NCBI GenBank assembly: GCA_002070055.1
Contig: MWCM01000004.1
Span: 10,257-74,256 of the forward strand
Direction of reading: 5' to 3'
DNA: 64,000 nt
Source of the DNA: a bacterium ADurb.Bin212
GTDB lineage: Bacteria > Patescibacteriota > UBA1384 > XYA2-FULL-43-10
Each line of letters opens with the position of its first letter. Within the stretch, counting starts at the first letter, position 1. The position numbers and the translations under genes are program-made. Positions 1 to 7,783 of this stretch are shown in pieces. Below the pieces are notes generated by a model. It had not been told where the DNA came from, ran no database searches, and saw nothing but the letters and a program-made list of their open reading frames with translations.

Positions 1-730
1 CCTTTTTGGGAATTCCCCGAGTCATCCAGTTGTCGTAAATGTCGGGATCGACAAATTCCTGGGGAAACTCTTGTAGGAAGCCATTTTTTACATTTTTTGC
101 AGTGATAAGTCTCATTCCAGACTCAGTTTTTTGTGGTGTTTTTCCCCTATAATCAATAAATCTAACGTGCTTCACTAATGGACATGTTTCCCAATCTTCT
201 CCGGGATTGTTAAAAATGCTATTAATGTAAGATTCGAAAAGTTCACGAGCGTTTTGCAAATTTTTTTCTGTATTGTTTTTTGCTTTTTCAATTTTCTCAA
301 ATGCTTCATCCAATTTTTTAACAATTCTTTTTTGCTCATTAAGCGAATCTGGGATATTGACGCTTATCGCGTAGACATCGTTGCGATTAATGCCCGGCTT
401 AACCCCTTTTGCAAGTCCTTGTAAATTCAGGGTCTGTAATAGACGATAGATAAACTGTAAATCGTATTTCTTTTTATCAAAAGTTACGTAGTATGTTACA
501 TCTAATGGCCAAAATTTTCCCTTAGTTAATGTTAATTCTCCTGCCGAGCCTTTTCTGCCAACAATAATACTCCCATTGTCATAATAATATGTATCGCTCC
601 AACTTTTGATTCCATTAGCACCGTACACTGGAAACTTCCCATCAGAAATTCGCTCAGATTTTGGTAATGGTTTACCATACTCTAGCTTTAATATTTCGCC
701 AAGCTTTTTTATTCGCCAATTATCGTTCAT
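1..730 (-). CDS. hsdS: Type I restriction-modification specificity subunit HsdS (N-terminal target-recognition domain; 3' part lies beyond the window start)
   Basis: By my translation the minus-strand ORF starts at ATG 730..728, overlapping the stop of the upstream gene by 11 nt. It runs without a stop to position 1. It reads MNDNWRIKKLGEILKLEYGKPLPKSERISDGKFPVYGANG... then ...ITAKNVKNGFLQEFPQEFVDPDIYDNWMTRGIPKK, which is a typical HsdS target-recognition domain pattern. The ORF track did not list it because it runs off the edge. Confidence 0.7.
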   Translation of the reverse strand, partial: MNDNWRIKKLGEILKLEYGKPLPKSERISDGKFPVYGANGIKSWSDTYYYDNGSIIVGRKGSAGELTLTKGKFWPLDVTYYVTFDKKKYDLQFIYRLLQTLNLQGLAKGVKPGINRNDVYAISVNIPDSLNEQKRIVKKLDEAFEKIEKAKNNTEKNLQNARELFESYINSIFNNPGEDWETCPLVKHVRFIDYRGKTPQKTESGMRLITAKNVKNGFLQEFPQEFVDPDIYDNWMTRGIPKK

Positions 731-2150
731 AAGCCCAACTGTCATATTTTATATGTTTTCTTTGGTTGATATATTCAATCAACATATCGTAAAACATTTC
801 TTTCTCTTGGTTACCTTCTATTTTTACCCCAAACCTATTTTCCTTGCGATATTTGTAATTTCTCCATGAAGCGAGAATTGTTTCTTCATCTGGAATATTA
901 AGGCCAAGAGGTCTCAACATAATTGAAATGTAGTATTCATATGGTATACGCCTATTGTCTCTTTTGAGGTCATAGTGTTTAATTTTGACGAGTTTGCCAC
1001 TTAAAGTATCCATATTTGAAAATGAATGAATAGCAATTTTAACAGCGATATCGAATATTTTCTGAGCATTGTCAGAAAAAGCTTCCTCGTAGTAGCCACC
1101 CTTTTTGAGTTCAGTTAATTGATATCTTGAGCCTTTCAGTAGTTCTCTCAAGTTAATTATCCCGCACCCTATAGCCCTCTCATAAATATCTTTCAAAAAA
1201 AGATTTATATAACCAGAATGACCAAATGCCCCAGTTAGGCTCTGATCTTCACACTTAAAACTTTTAATAATATTATCTACAGTATCAAGAAGAGCTTTTT
1301 TGTTATCAAAGTAATAAGGTGCAATTGAAAAGAACTTATCGATATAACCTGAAAAATCAGCATCAGGTCCATATTTATGGTGAAAAACATGCTTTAAGTT
1401 CGAATAATCGCCTACAATAATAACCGAGTCAAACCCAAATTTATTCTCGTGTTCTTTTTCAAAATAAGCGGACAATATGTTTAATATCCTGAAAATATGT
1501 TCGGGGTCTATTCTGTCTAAATCATCTAACACAAGAACACTTTTTTTATTGCCCTTTTGTTGAATAATTTTATCTCGAAGTAAATTACTAATGTAGTCTT
1601 CTTCAGATATGTCCTTTTCTTTCAGTTTTTCAATGTATTTCTCTGCGAGCCCTTTCTCTCCTTTTTCGAACTCTTTTTTAAAATCTTGATATTCTTTATC
1701 CATTTTGAGCAAACTCTTTAAAGGTCTGCCAAGCTTACCTGAAATACCAAAGATAGGATTAGGCAATGTATCAAGAGTTGATAAAGTTGACTGTAATATT
1801 GAATTCAGGGAGTTACTTTTTCTATACCATGAGAAAAAAAGAAGGGCAGAATCCTTGATCCCTTGTATCTTTTTAGTCGTGAGAATATCGTTGTTCTTGT
1901 CTAACAGCTCGATAAGAATGTCATATTTTATCAGCTCAATGATATCTTCATTGTTGCTTATTTCATAGTTAACTGGAAATAAGTGAAAAACCTCATAGTT
2001 ATCTGTGTTTGAATCAAAAAATTCTTTCAAAAAATACGTCTTACCAATTCCAAATTTACCAGAAAAAAATATCCTAGAATTATTTTCCGTATCTAAAAAT
2101 AATTTGAAATTCTCTTGTACTGTATCAATTGGAATTAATATATCGGGCAT
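720..2150 (-). CDS. KAP-family-like P-loop NTPase inserted between hsdM and hsdS
   Basis: Walker A is GKFGIGKTYFLKEF. Walker B followed by the KAP-signature arginine is VLVLDDLDRIDPEHIFRILNIL. There are no obvious TM insertions. The start overlaps the hsdM stop by 1-3 nt and the stop overlaps the hsdS start, so the three genes are co-transcribed. Confidence 0.6.
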   Translation of the reverse strand: MPDILIPIDTVQENFKLFLDTENNSRIFFSGKFGIGKTYFLKEFFDSNTDNYEVFHLFPVNYEISNNEDIIELIKYDILIELLDKNNDILTTKKIQGIKDSALLFFSWYRKSNSLNSILQSTLSTLDTLPNPIFGISGKLGRPLKSLLKMDKEYQDFKKEFEKGEKGLAEKYIEKLKEKDISEEDYISNLLRDKIIQQKGNKKSVLVLDDLDRIDPEHIFRILNILSAYFEKEHENKFGFDSVIIVGDYSNLKHVFHHKYGPDADFSGYIDKFFSIAPYYFDNKKALLDTVDNIIKSFKCEDQSLTGAFGHSGYINLFLKDIYERAIGCGIINLRELLKGSRYQLTELKKGGYYEEAFSDNAQKIFDIAVKIAIHSFSNMDTLSGKLVKIKHYDLKRDNRRIPYEYYISIMLRPLGLNIPDEETILASWRNYKYRKENRFGVKIEGNQEKEMFYDMLIEYINQRKHIKYDSWAYER

Positions 2151-2151
2151 A

Positions 2152-3627
2152 TTATTTTACTTTCAGAATTTTCTCAACCTCTTTTAGGGATAGATTTGCT
2201 CGTATGTCTAATTTTCTAACGTCTTCCAAGATCTTTTCAGGCGGCAGTATTAAACTACCTTCCCTATTATTCGGATTTTTAACCGAGAGATCAAATGTTT
2301 TTTGGCTGATGTCGGAAACATCGATTGTCCAAGAATTTTCTGAATCGGTTTTTGTTTTTTGTAACTCTAGGAATTCCGCAAGATCTTTTTCGGTTAAAGG
2401 ATTTGTTTTGCCAAGATTACGATCGAGGTTTAATTGGTAATACCAAATCTTTTGAGTTGGTGCACCTTTTTCAAAAAACAGCACAACAGTCTTAACCCCC
2501 GCCTGAAAAACTTTTGCTGGAAGATCAAGGATTGTATGAACATTGCAGTTTTTTAGTAACTCTTGGCGCAGACTTGAGGCATCGCCGTTAGATAAAAAGG
2601 TATTTTTTATAACAATGCCTGCCTTGCCCCCGGCTTTCAATTTTTTAATATAATGCTGTAAAAAGAGATAGGCAGTTTCGCTACTTTTAATGGGAAAGTT
2701 TTGCTGGACTTCACTTCGTTCTTTTCCGCCGAAAGGAGGATTAGTTAAAATAATATCGTAGCGGTCTCTTTCTTGAATGTCAGCGATATTTTCTGAAAGT
2801 GTATTCGCATGAACTATGTTTGGCGCTTCAATGCCGTGTAATATCATATTCATAATGCCGATAATGTAAGGAAGCGGTTTTTTCTCGATGGCATAAAAAG
2901 TTTTTTTTTGAAGTATTTCTATGTCTGAAGTTGATAGATTTTTACTGTTTTTAAGGTAATCAAATGCCTCAACCAAGAAGCCAGCTGAGCCAACGGCGCC
3001 ATCGTAAATTTTGTCACCAATCTTTGGGCCGACTACTTTAACAATCGTGCGAATCAGAGGACGCGGGGTATAGTATTCTCCACCATTACGACCTGCATTA
3101 CCCATGTTTTTGATTTTGCCTTCGTATAGGTGAGACAGCTCATGCTTCTCTGATTGTGATCGAAAATGCATTTGATCGACGATATCTAAAATATTGCGAA
3201 GTGTATAACCAGAATGAATTTTATTTCTAATTTCTGAAAATATTTCACCGATTTTGTATTTAATGGTATCTGGTTCGGCATCCGTTTTGAATTTTCTAAG
3301 ATATGGGAAGAGTTTGTGATCGACAAAATCTCGCAAATCATCACCTGATAGAGCCTTATTATGGTCCAATTTACCATCAGCGGTTTTGGGTGCAGCCCAA
3401 ACATCCCAGCGGTATTCTATATTTAAAATAAATTTATATTCTTTGCCGGCAAGAAGAGCTTCTTTTTGTTTTTGTTCTTCGAGATCGTTCAAATACTTAA
3501 GGAAAAGAATCCAAGATGTTTGCTCAACGTAATCTAGCTCACTTGAAACGCCAGCATCTTTCCGAAGGGTATTGTCAATATTCTTAAATGTTTGTTCAAA
3601 ACTAATTTTTGAATTTGTGTCGAGCAT
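2152..3627 (-). CDS. hsdM: Type I R-M N6-adenine DNA methyltransferase subunit HsdM
   Basis: The N-terminus is HsdM-like (LDYVEQTSWILFLKYLNDLE). Motif I region is GEYYTPRPLIRTIVKVV...GDKIYDGAVGSAGFLVEA. The catalytic motif is ILTNPPFGG. Length is 491 aa. Confidence 0.9.
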   Translation of the reverse strand: MLDTNSKISFEQTFKNIDNTLRKDAGVSSELDYVEQTSWILFLKYLNDLEEQKQKEALLAGKEYKFILNIEYRWDVWAAPKTADGKLDHNKALSGDDLRDFVDHKLFPYLRKFKTDAEPDTIKYKIGEIFSEIRNKIHSGYTLRNILDIVDQMHFRSQSEKHELSHLYEGKIKNMGNAGRNGGEYYTPRPLIRTIVKVVGPKIGDKIYDGAVGSAGFLVEAFDYLKNSKNLSTSDIEILQKKTFYAIEKKPLPYIIGIMNMILHGIEAPNIVHANTLSENIADIQERDRYDIILTNPPFGGKERSEVQQNFPIKSSETAYLFLQHYIKKLKAGGKAGIVIKNTFLSNGDASSLRQELLKNCNVHTILDLPAKVFQAGVKTVVLFFEKGAPTQKIWYYQLNLDRNLGKTNPLTEKDLAEFLELQKTKTDSENSWTIDVSDISQKTFDLSVKNPNNREGSLILPPEKILEDVRKLDIRANLSLKEVEKILKVK

Positions 3628-3655
3628 ATTATCCTTATTTGTTATGTAGTTTCTT

Positions 3656-3928
3656 TTATTTGCTCCTTAATAACTCTTCTATTTTCTCAATAAATCTTTT
3701 ATAACTCACGATTTCCTTATCAATCTTTACCCCACCGGACCAGAGGTATAGCCAATCACCGTTTTTTGCTGTCATCTTTGCATCCGGATGTTCGTGGTAT
3801 TCTCTAACCAAATTCTCGGGACCGTTTCGCAGTAATCTTAAAATCTCTTTTGAAAAGTCATTGTCTTGGTCTTGCAGTGCTTTGGTAAAATCCGTAATCA
3901 ATTCGTTGAGGTTGCTGTAACTTTTCAT
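3656..3928 (-). CDS. hypothetical small protein (90 aa) immediately upstream of hsdM in the same gene string
   Basis: ORF sits 28 bp upstream of hsdM on the same strand. No recognisable motif. Confidence 0.4.
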   Translation of the reverse strand: MKSYSNLNELITDFTKALQDQDNDFSKEILRLLRNGPENLVREYHEHPDAKMTAKNGDWLYLWSGGVKIDKEIVSYKRFIEKIEELLRSK

Positions 3929-4073
3929 TTTTGTAATAAAAGATAATTTTAATTAACAATAAATAGTCAAATCCCGACTAGTTATCTCTCTTTAATTTAT
4001 AAGTCGATTATACCACTTTCACACCTGATATGGAAGAGAACGAAGCTGTTTTTAATCACTATAAGGATAAGGC

Positions 4074-4439
4074 CTAATACTTGTCCAATATCGCTTTCAT
4101 CTCCTTTAGAATTTTCTTCTTATAAACTCCGATGGCGTAATCCAGATGCAATTTCATTCTTTCAGGAGAGTTTTTCGCCGACAGCTTTTTATCCGGTTGG
4201 GACTTTACTTCTTTTGCAATCCCTCGAATAAACTTTTTGTCGAAAGCATCCGGCTTTTGGGCTTCTTTCTCAATATCCAACCACCAGCGAAGCTCGGCTA
4301 TCAATTTGGCAAAGCTTGCCCCGTCCTTATGATTAAGTATTACGCCGTTTTTTCTCTTGACAGTGGCGATTGCTTTCTTTATGTCTTCCTTTGTCGGTTC
4401 GGAAATATCCGGTTTGAACGCTTTTTGATCTTTCATCAT
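4074..4439 (-). CDS. hypothetical protein (121 aa), lysine-rich
   Basis: ORF between the PLD nuclease and the 90-aa ORF, same strand, tightly spaced. No recognisable domain. Confidence 0.4.
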   Translation of the reverse strand: MMKDQKAFKPDISEPTKEDIKKAIATVKRKNGVILNHKDGASFAKLIAELRWWLDIEKEAQKPDAFDKKFIRGIAKEVKSQPDKKLSAKNSPERMKLHLDYAIGVYKKKILKEMKAILDKY

Positions 4440-4444
4440 ACTCC

Positions 4445-5161
4445 TTAACTAAATAGGGTAAATATCGCTCTCATACATTTTAACGATAATACAATCAGAT
4501 TGGAAATAACAGCCGGCAACTTGCTGATAAACTTAGGAACGGAAATCTTCGGGATCATAATTTTTAATCTTGGTCGAAAACTAAACTTTTTCCTGTCAAC
4601 CAAACTTCGATATAACCTCTCATACTGGTATTTATAACCCTCGGCCAGCTTTTTATTAAGCCCCAAGTGGTCCATGACCTGTTTGGCCATGTCTTCGTCT
4701 TCGCTTCGGCGCATCATCTCCCGGCTTTCTCTTTGCGATAGGATATTCAAACTCCCATCCCAAAGGATCTTGCGATCGATAACCGCTGTCTTGGCATGAA
4801 CCAGCCCGGGCAAGGGGATTATGCAGGCTCCCAGCTCCTCGTAATCTTTCAGCGCCGCCTTAATTTCGCTCCTCACAATCAACTCGTGATCTTCAATCGA
4901 CCTGGTGAAGATAAACACGGCAATATTGCGATATTTGAGCTGTTTAAATATCCGGCTGAAATATTCCGAGCGATATTTGGAGATAAAGGGTGAATAAATT
5001 ATGACCTCCTTCTCCGCCAAAAGGAGATCGCGAGAGAAAGATTTATAAAATGATTTTTCATCATATAGATCGAGCTTTCGCGATTCTCTATACTTTTCGG
5101 CATCGATTTCATTTTGCCTGTTTTCAAAATGCCTTTTTAGCGTCGGTGATAATGTTTTCAT
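4445..5161 (-). CDS. PLD-family (HKD motif) nuclease
   Basis: HKD motif is LVHAKTAVIDRKILWDGSLNILS (HxK-x4-D-x6-GSxN). The most plausible start is ATG 5161..5159 (MKTLSPTLKRHF), preceded by AAGGAGG at the right spacing. The ORF-track extension to 5308 is probably non-coding leader and would run into the divergent HTH gene. Confidence 0.7.
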   Translation of the reverse strand: MKTLSPTLKRHFENRQNEIDAEKYRESRKLDLYDEKSFYKSFSRDLLLAEKEVIIYSPFISKYRSEYFSRIFKQLKYRNIAVFIFTRSIEDHELIVRSEIKAALKDYEELGACIIPLPGLVHAKTAVIDRKILWDGSLNILSQRESREMMRRSEDEDMAKQVMDHLGLNKKLAEGYKYQYERLYRSLVDRKKFSFRPRLKIMIPKISVPKFISKLPAVISNLIVLSLKCMRAIFTLFS

Positions 5162-5224
5162 ATTCCTCCTTATAATTATTTTGTTAATCTGGATTTTTAG
5201 GTTTGAAAGTGATATATTCTGGAT

Positions 5225-5440
5225 ATGACAGCCAAACACAGCGGGAATATTTACAAAGGTCTCGGCGACAAGCTTAAGAAGTATCGGGAAGCGGCCAAGA
5301 TGACGCAAGCCAAGGTAGCCGAATTAGCGGGTATCCATGTTAACTATTACGCTAGAATGGAAAGGGGCGAGGAAAATCCGACACTGGAAGTGTTGCATAA
5401 GCTAAAGGAAGTACTGAAAATAAAGTCAGATTTAGTCTGA
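5225..5440 (+). CDS. XRE-family helix-turn-helix transcriptional regulator
   Basis: HTH core is MTQAKVAELAGIHVNYYARMERGEENPTLEVLHKLKEVL. It is divergent from the PLD nuclease/hsdM gene string with a ~60-bp shared intergenic region. Confidence 0.75.
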   Translation: MTAKHSGNIYKGLGDKLKKYREAAKMTQAKVAELAGIHVNYYARMERGEENPTLEVLHKLKEVLKIKSDLV

Positions 5441-5517
5441 TTGATTTTCATAGACTTGCTTTAATACCGGTTCCCACTCCAACGCATACTCGCAAAAGGT
5501 GTTCCAAAATTGGCTCG

Positions 5518-7035
5518 TCAGGTCCACCAAATTTCATTTTTCGCAATTTCTTCCGCTTCGCTCGGCGCTTCGCGCCTCGCTTGCGGTGGCAAATTCAAGA
5601 GTAAATTGTATTGTTTTTGAAAATTCATATTGAGTTTTCCGCCCAGAAGAATGCGGTTCGAGCCGGCGGTTTTAAGAAAATTTCTCATAGCGGAGAAATT
5701 TTTTGTTTTAACAAAATTTTCAGCTTGGTTGGCGTCATAAATCCAATTTTTCAAGAGTTCGAGCCAATGATTTCCCTTTCGCTCAAAATCTCTTAACTTT
5801 TCTTCAAACTCGGCTTTTTGCTCGATAAGTTTGTTTTTCTTTTCTTTGAATTCCTCTAGCTCCAAAGCTCCGTCTAAATATGCGTCAGAAAGCCGATCAA
5901 GCCGAGTTTTGATATATTCTATTTTCTCTTTTAGATTTTGAGCGAAAACAGCCGACGAGTGGTTTTCTTCATTTTCCCACTCTTTGATCTGTAGCATATA
6001 CTTTTCTTTCCACTCGTCGGGTAAAGAAACTGTTTGACAAAGTTCTTCTATCTGTTGCGCTAAAACTTCTTCACGAACGAACTTTCGCTCGGTGCAATTT
6101 TGGGTTTTGCTTTTATGGGTGCAACGATAGTAAACATACTCTCTACCACTTGGCTTAAACTTTCTCTCAGCAGTTATGGCATAACCGCAACTTCCGCATT
6201 TGGCAAAACCCAAAAACTTTAGTTCTCGTTCAGTTCGTTTCTTGCGGGGTTTAGAGTGGTCTTTTAGCGCAACTTGGATTTTGTCAAAAGTTTCTTTTGA
6301 AATCATTGGCTTATGGGAACCTTGATAGAGTTCGCCATCATAACTTATGACGCCGTAATAAAATGGCTTTGTTAAAATCTTCTGTATAGATGACAAAGCC
6401 ATTTTATTGCCATCTTTGCCAACCAAGCCAAGAGAAAACATTTTTGCTTGAATTTTAGTTAGCGAAAACTCGCCAGAGGCAAAAAACTCCAGCGTTTTCT
6501 TAACCAAAGGAAATGTCTTTTTGTTTGGCTCAATAGTTCTAAGTCTTGGCTCGTTGAAGTAACCGAGTGGAGCTTTGCTTGGCAATTCTCCTCGGCGAAG
6601 TTTTTGCCTGATTCCTCGCAAAATGTTTTCTCTTAAATTGTCGGTGTAATATTTGGCTTGGCCAAAGGCAACGCTTAACATAAACTTTCCTTGCGGAGTT
6701 GCCTCAAACCAAAAGGTTGGGAATTTTAGCGAAGTAATTTTTCCGGTATCGACTAAATAGATAACTCTTCCGCCATCAACAGAGTTTCGGGCTAAACGAT
6801 CTGGGTTCCAGGCTAAAATTCCCGAAGCGTTGCCTTTTTCAATTTCCAAAAGCATTTGGTTAAAAATCGGTCGCCCAGGCTCCTTGGCGGTTCGACTTTC
6901 GGTAAATTCACGGACGATCATTAAGTCATTTTGTCGGGCAAAATCGCGTAGCTCTTGGAGCTGGGCTTCAATAGACAAAATTTGCCTTTCTTCCTCTTCG
7001 GAAGATTTACGGCAATAGATAAAGTACTTTTCCAT
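5518..7035 (-). CDS. large serine recombinase (resolvase/invertase catalytic domain, recombinase domain and zinc-ribbon)
   Basis: The N-terminus FIYCRKSSEEEERQILSIEAQ carries the catalytic Ser context. The recombinase domain contains GYFNEPRLRTIEP. A Cys cluster CGSCG...CTHKSKTQNC forms a zinc ribbon. It ends in a coiled-coil C-terminus. AAGGAGGG precedes the ATG. Confidence 0.85.
   Translation of the reverse strand: MEKYFIYCRKSSEEEERQILSIEAQLQELRDFARQNDLMIVREFTESRTAKEPGRPIFNQMLLEIEKGNASGILAWNPDRLARNSVDGGRVIYLVDTGKITSLKFPTFWFEATPQGKFMLSVAFGQAKYYTDNLRENILRGIRQKLRRGELPSKAPLGYFNEPRLRTIEPNKKTFPLVKKTLEFFASGEFSLTKIQAKMFSLGLVGKDGNKMALSSIQKILTKPFYYGVISYDGELYQGSHKPMISKETFDKIQVALKDHSKPRKKRTERELKFLGFAKCGSCGYAITAERKFKPSGREYVYYRCTHKSKTQNCTERKFVREEVLAQQIEELCQTVSLPDEWKEKYMLQIKEWENEENHSSAVFAQNLKEKIEYIKTRLDRLSDAYLDGALELEEFKEKKNKLIEQKAEFEEKLRDFERKGNHWLELLKNWIYDANQAENFVKTKNFSAMRNFLKTAGSNRILLGGKLNMNFQKQYNLLLNLPPQARREAPSEAEEIAKNEIWWT
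5521..5660 (-). repeat. Repeat copy A: the 3' end of the intact serine-recombinase gene (last ~45 codons), homologous to copies B and C
   Basis: The reverse complement of 5521-5660 aligns at ~85% identity with 7150-7286. The shared encoded peptide is ...NRILLGGKLN(M/I)NFQKQY.LL.NLPPQAR....EAE....NE.WW. Confidence 0.8.
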
Positions 7036-7156
7036 AATTCCCTCCTTAAATTTTGTCTATTAACCAAATGCTTTTATGTACCGACAATTTATTGAAAATT
7101 TTGTTCCCGCCGGCTCTAAAGAATTACATTCTTTTCTGTGCTTCGCACAGAAACCG

Positions 7157-7334
7157 CATTTTGCTGGGCGGAAAACTCAATATTAATTTTCAAAAACAAT
7201 ATGAATTACTCTCGAATTTGCCACCGCAAGCGAGAGCCATTGGCTCGAGCGAAGCGGAACAAAAAGCAATAAATGAAAAATGGTGGTGTGTTTTGAACGA
7301 AGCTCGAACTTTTTTCGAAAAAAATACTCAATAA
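7157..7334 (+). pseudogene. orphan C-terminal fragment of a serine recombinase gene
   Basis: It encodes RNRILLGGKLNINFQKQYELLSNLPPQARAIGSSEAEQKAINEKWWCVLNEARTFFEKNTQ*, homologous to the last ~45 residues of the intact recombinase. No upstream recombinase body is present, because the sequence 5' of 7150 is unrelated. Confidence 0.6.
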
Positions 7335-7344
7335 ATTTTCGCTC

Positions 7345-7458
7345 GCGCGGCCGTGAAGGGGCGTGGGGAGGAAACGGCCGCGCTCGCTCAAAATGTTTTC
7401 AAAAATGCAATTTGCTCGTGCGTGCGCAGGAAGGGGTGTGGGGAGGGAATGCGCACGC
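7345..7458 (+). other. GC-rich twin-hairpin module; it recurs in reverse orientation at ~10671-10784
   Basis: Hairpin 1 is gcgcggccg / 21-nt G-rich loop tgaaggggcgtggggaggaaa / cggccgcgc. Hairpin 2 is gcgtgcgc / 23-nt loop aggaaggggtgtggggagggaat / gcgcacgc. The module is ~70% GC in a ~35% GC genome. Confidence 0.6.
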
Positions 7459-7561
7459 TCTCGCTTTTTGGGGCGGGGCGAAAAAATAGCAGAAAAGGTA
7501 AGCTTATGCTAATTATAGTATGTAGTATCAAAATTAGCAATTAGCTTATACTGATGATAAA

Positions 7562-7780
7562 ATGAGTAAAGAAAAAGTTCTAGAAAAATTTGGCATCAGA
7601 GTTCGACAAGAACGGATGAAATTGGGTTTATCGCAAGAAGCTTTGGCAGACAAGGCTGGAGTACACCGAACTTATGTCGGCATGATTGAAAGAGCAGAAA
7701 AAAATATTACTTTGCTCAACATTGAAAAAATTGCCAAAGCATTAAAAATAAGTATAAATAATTTAACAAAGTGGGACTGA
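7562..7780 (+). CDS. XRE-family HTH protein, likely an R-M controller (C-protein)
   Basis: HTH is LSQEALADKAGVHRTYVGMIERAEKNITLLNIEKIAKAL. It sits 3 bp upstream of the REase gene. A dyad GCTAATT-N17-AATTAGC (7508-7538) upstream is a possible operator. Confidence 0.65.
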   Translation: MSKEKVLEKFGIRVRQERMKLGLSQEALADKAGVHRTYVGMIERAEKNITLLNIEKIAKALKISINNLTKWD

Positions 7781-7783
7781 ATT

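Larger units (their letters stand above)
7150..7480 (+). repeat. Repeat copy B: a recombinase 3'-end fragment (7150-7290) plus a GC-rich twin-hairpin module (7341-7480). It is an inverted repeat of copy C and partially of copy A
   Basis: Positions 7262-7480 match the reverse complement of 10867-10649 essentially perfectly over ~219 bp. The recombinase-coding part is more diverged. The 5' boundary is marked by a perfect palindrome tctgtgcttcgcacaga (7134-7150). Confidence 0.85.

Noticed and set aside
5162-5308. N-terminal extension of the PLD nuclease ORF (MRHLGRFPILLKLVAETFVNIPAVFGCHIQNISLSNLKIQINKIIIRRN)
   Set aside because: The extension overlaps the divergent HTH gene start and lacks a ribosome-binding site. 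An internal ATG at 5161 with AAGGAGG gives a protein of typical PLD-nuclease length.
7354-7450. G-quadruplex formation by the GGGG tracts in the hairpin loops
   Set aside because: Only three tracts of three or more G occur within a short span per hairpin, with GG for the fourth. The tracts are embedded in loops of stable GC hairpins. A canonical four-tract G3+ motif is not present, so this is speculative.
7280-7544. ORF-track entries 7280-7489 and 7353-7544 (+) and 10591-10848 (-), which encode an identical Gly/Arg/Trp-rich 'protein' MVVCFERSSNFFRKKYSINFRSRGREGAWGGNGRARSKCF...
   Set aside because: They lie entirely within the GC-rich inverted-repeat module. The identical translation simply reflects DNA repeat identity. 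Codon composition (G/R/W-rich) is unlike every real gene in the window, and there is no ribosome-binding site.
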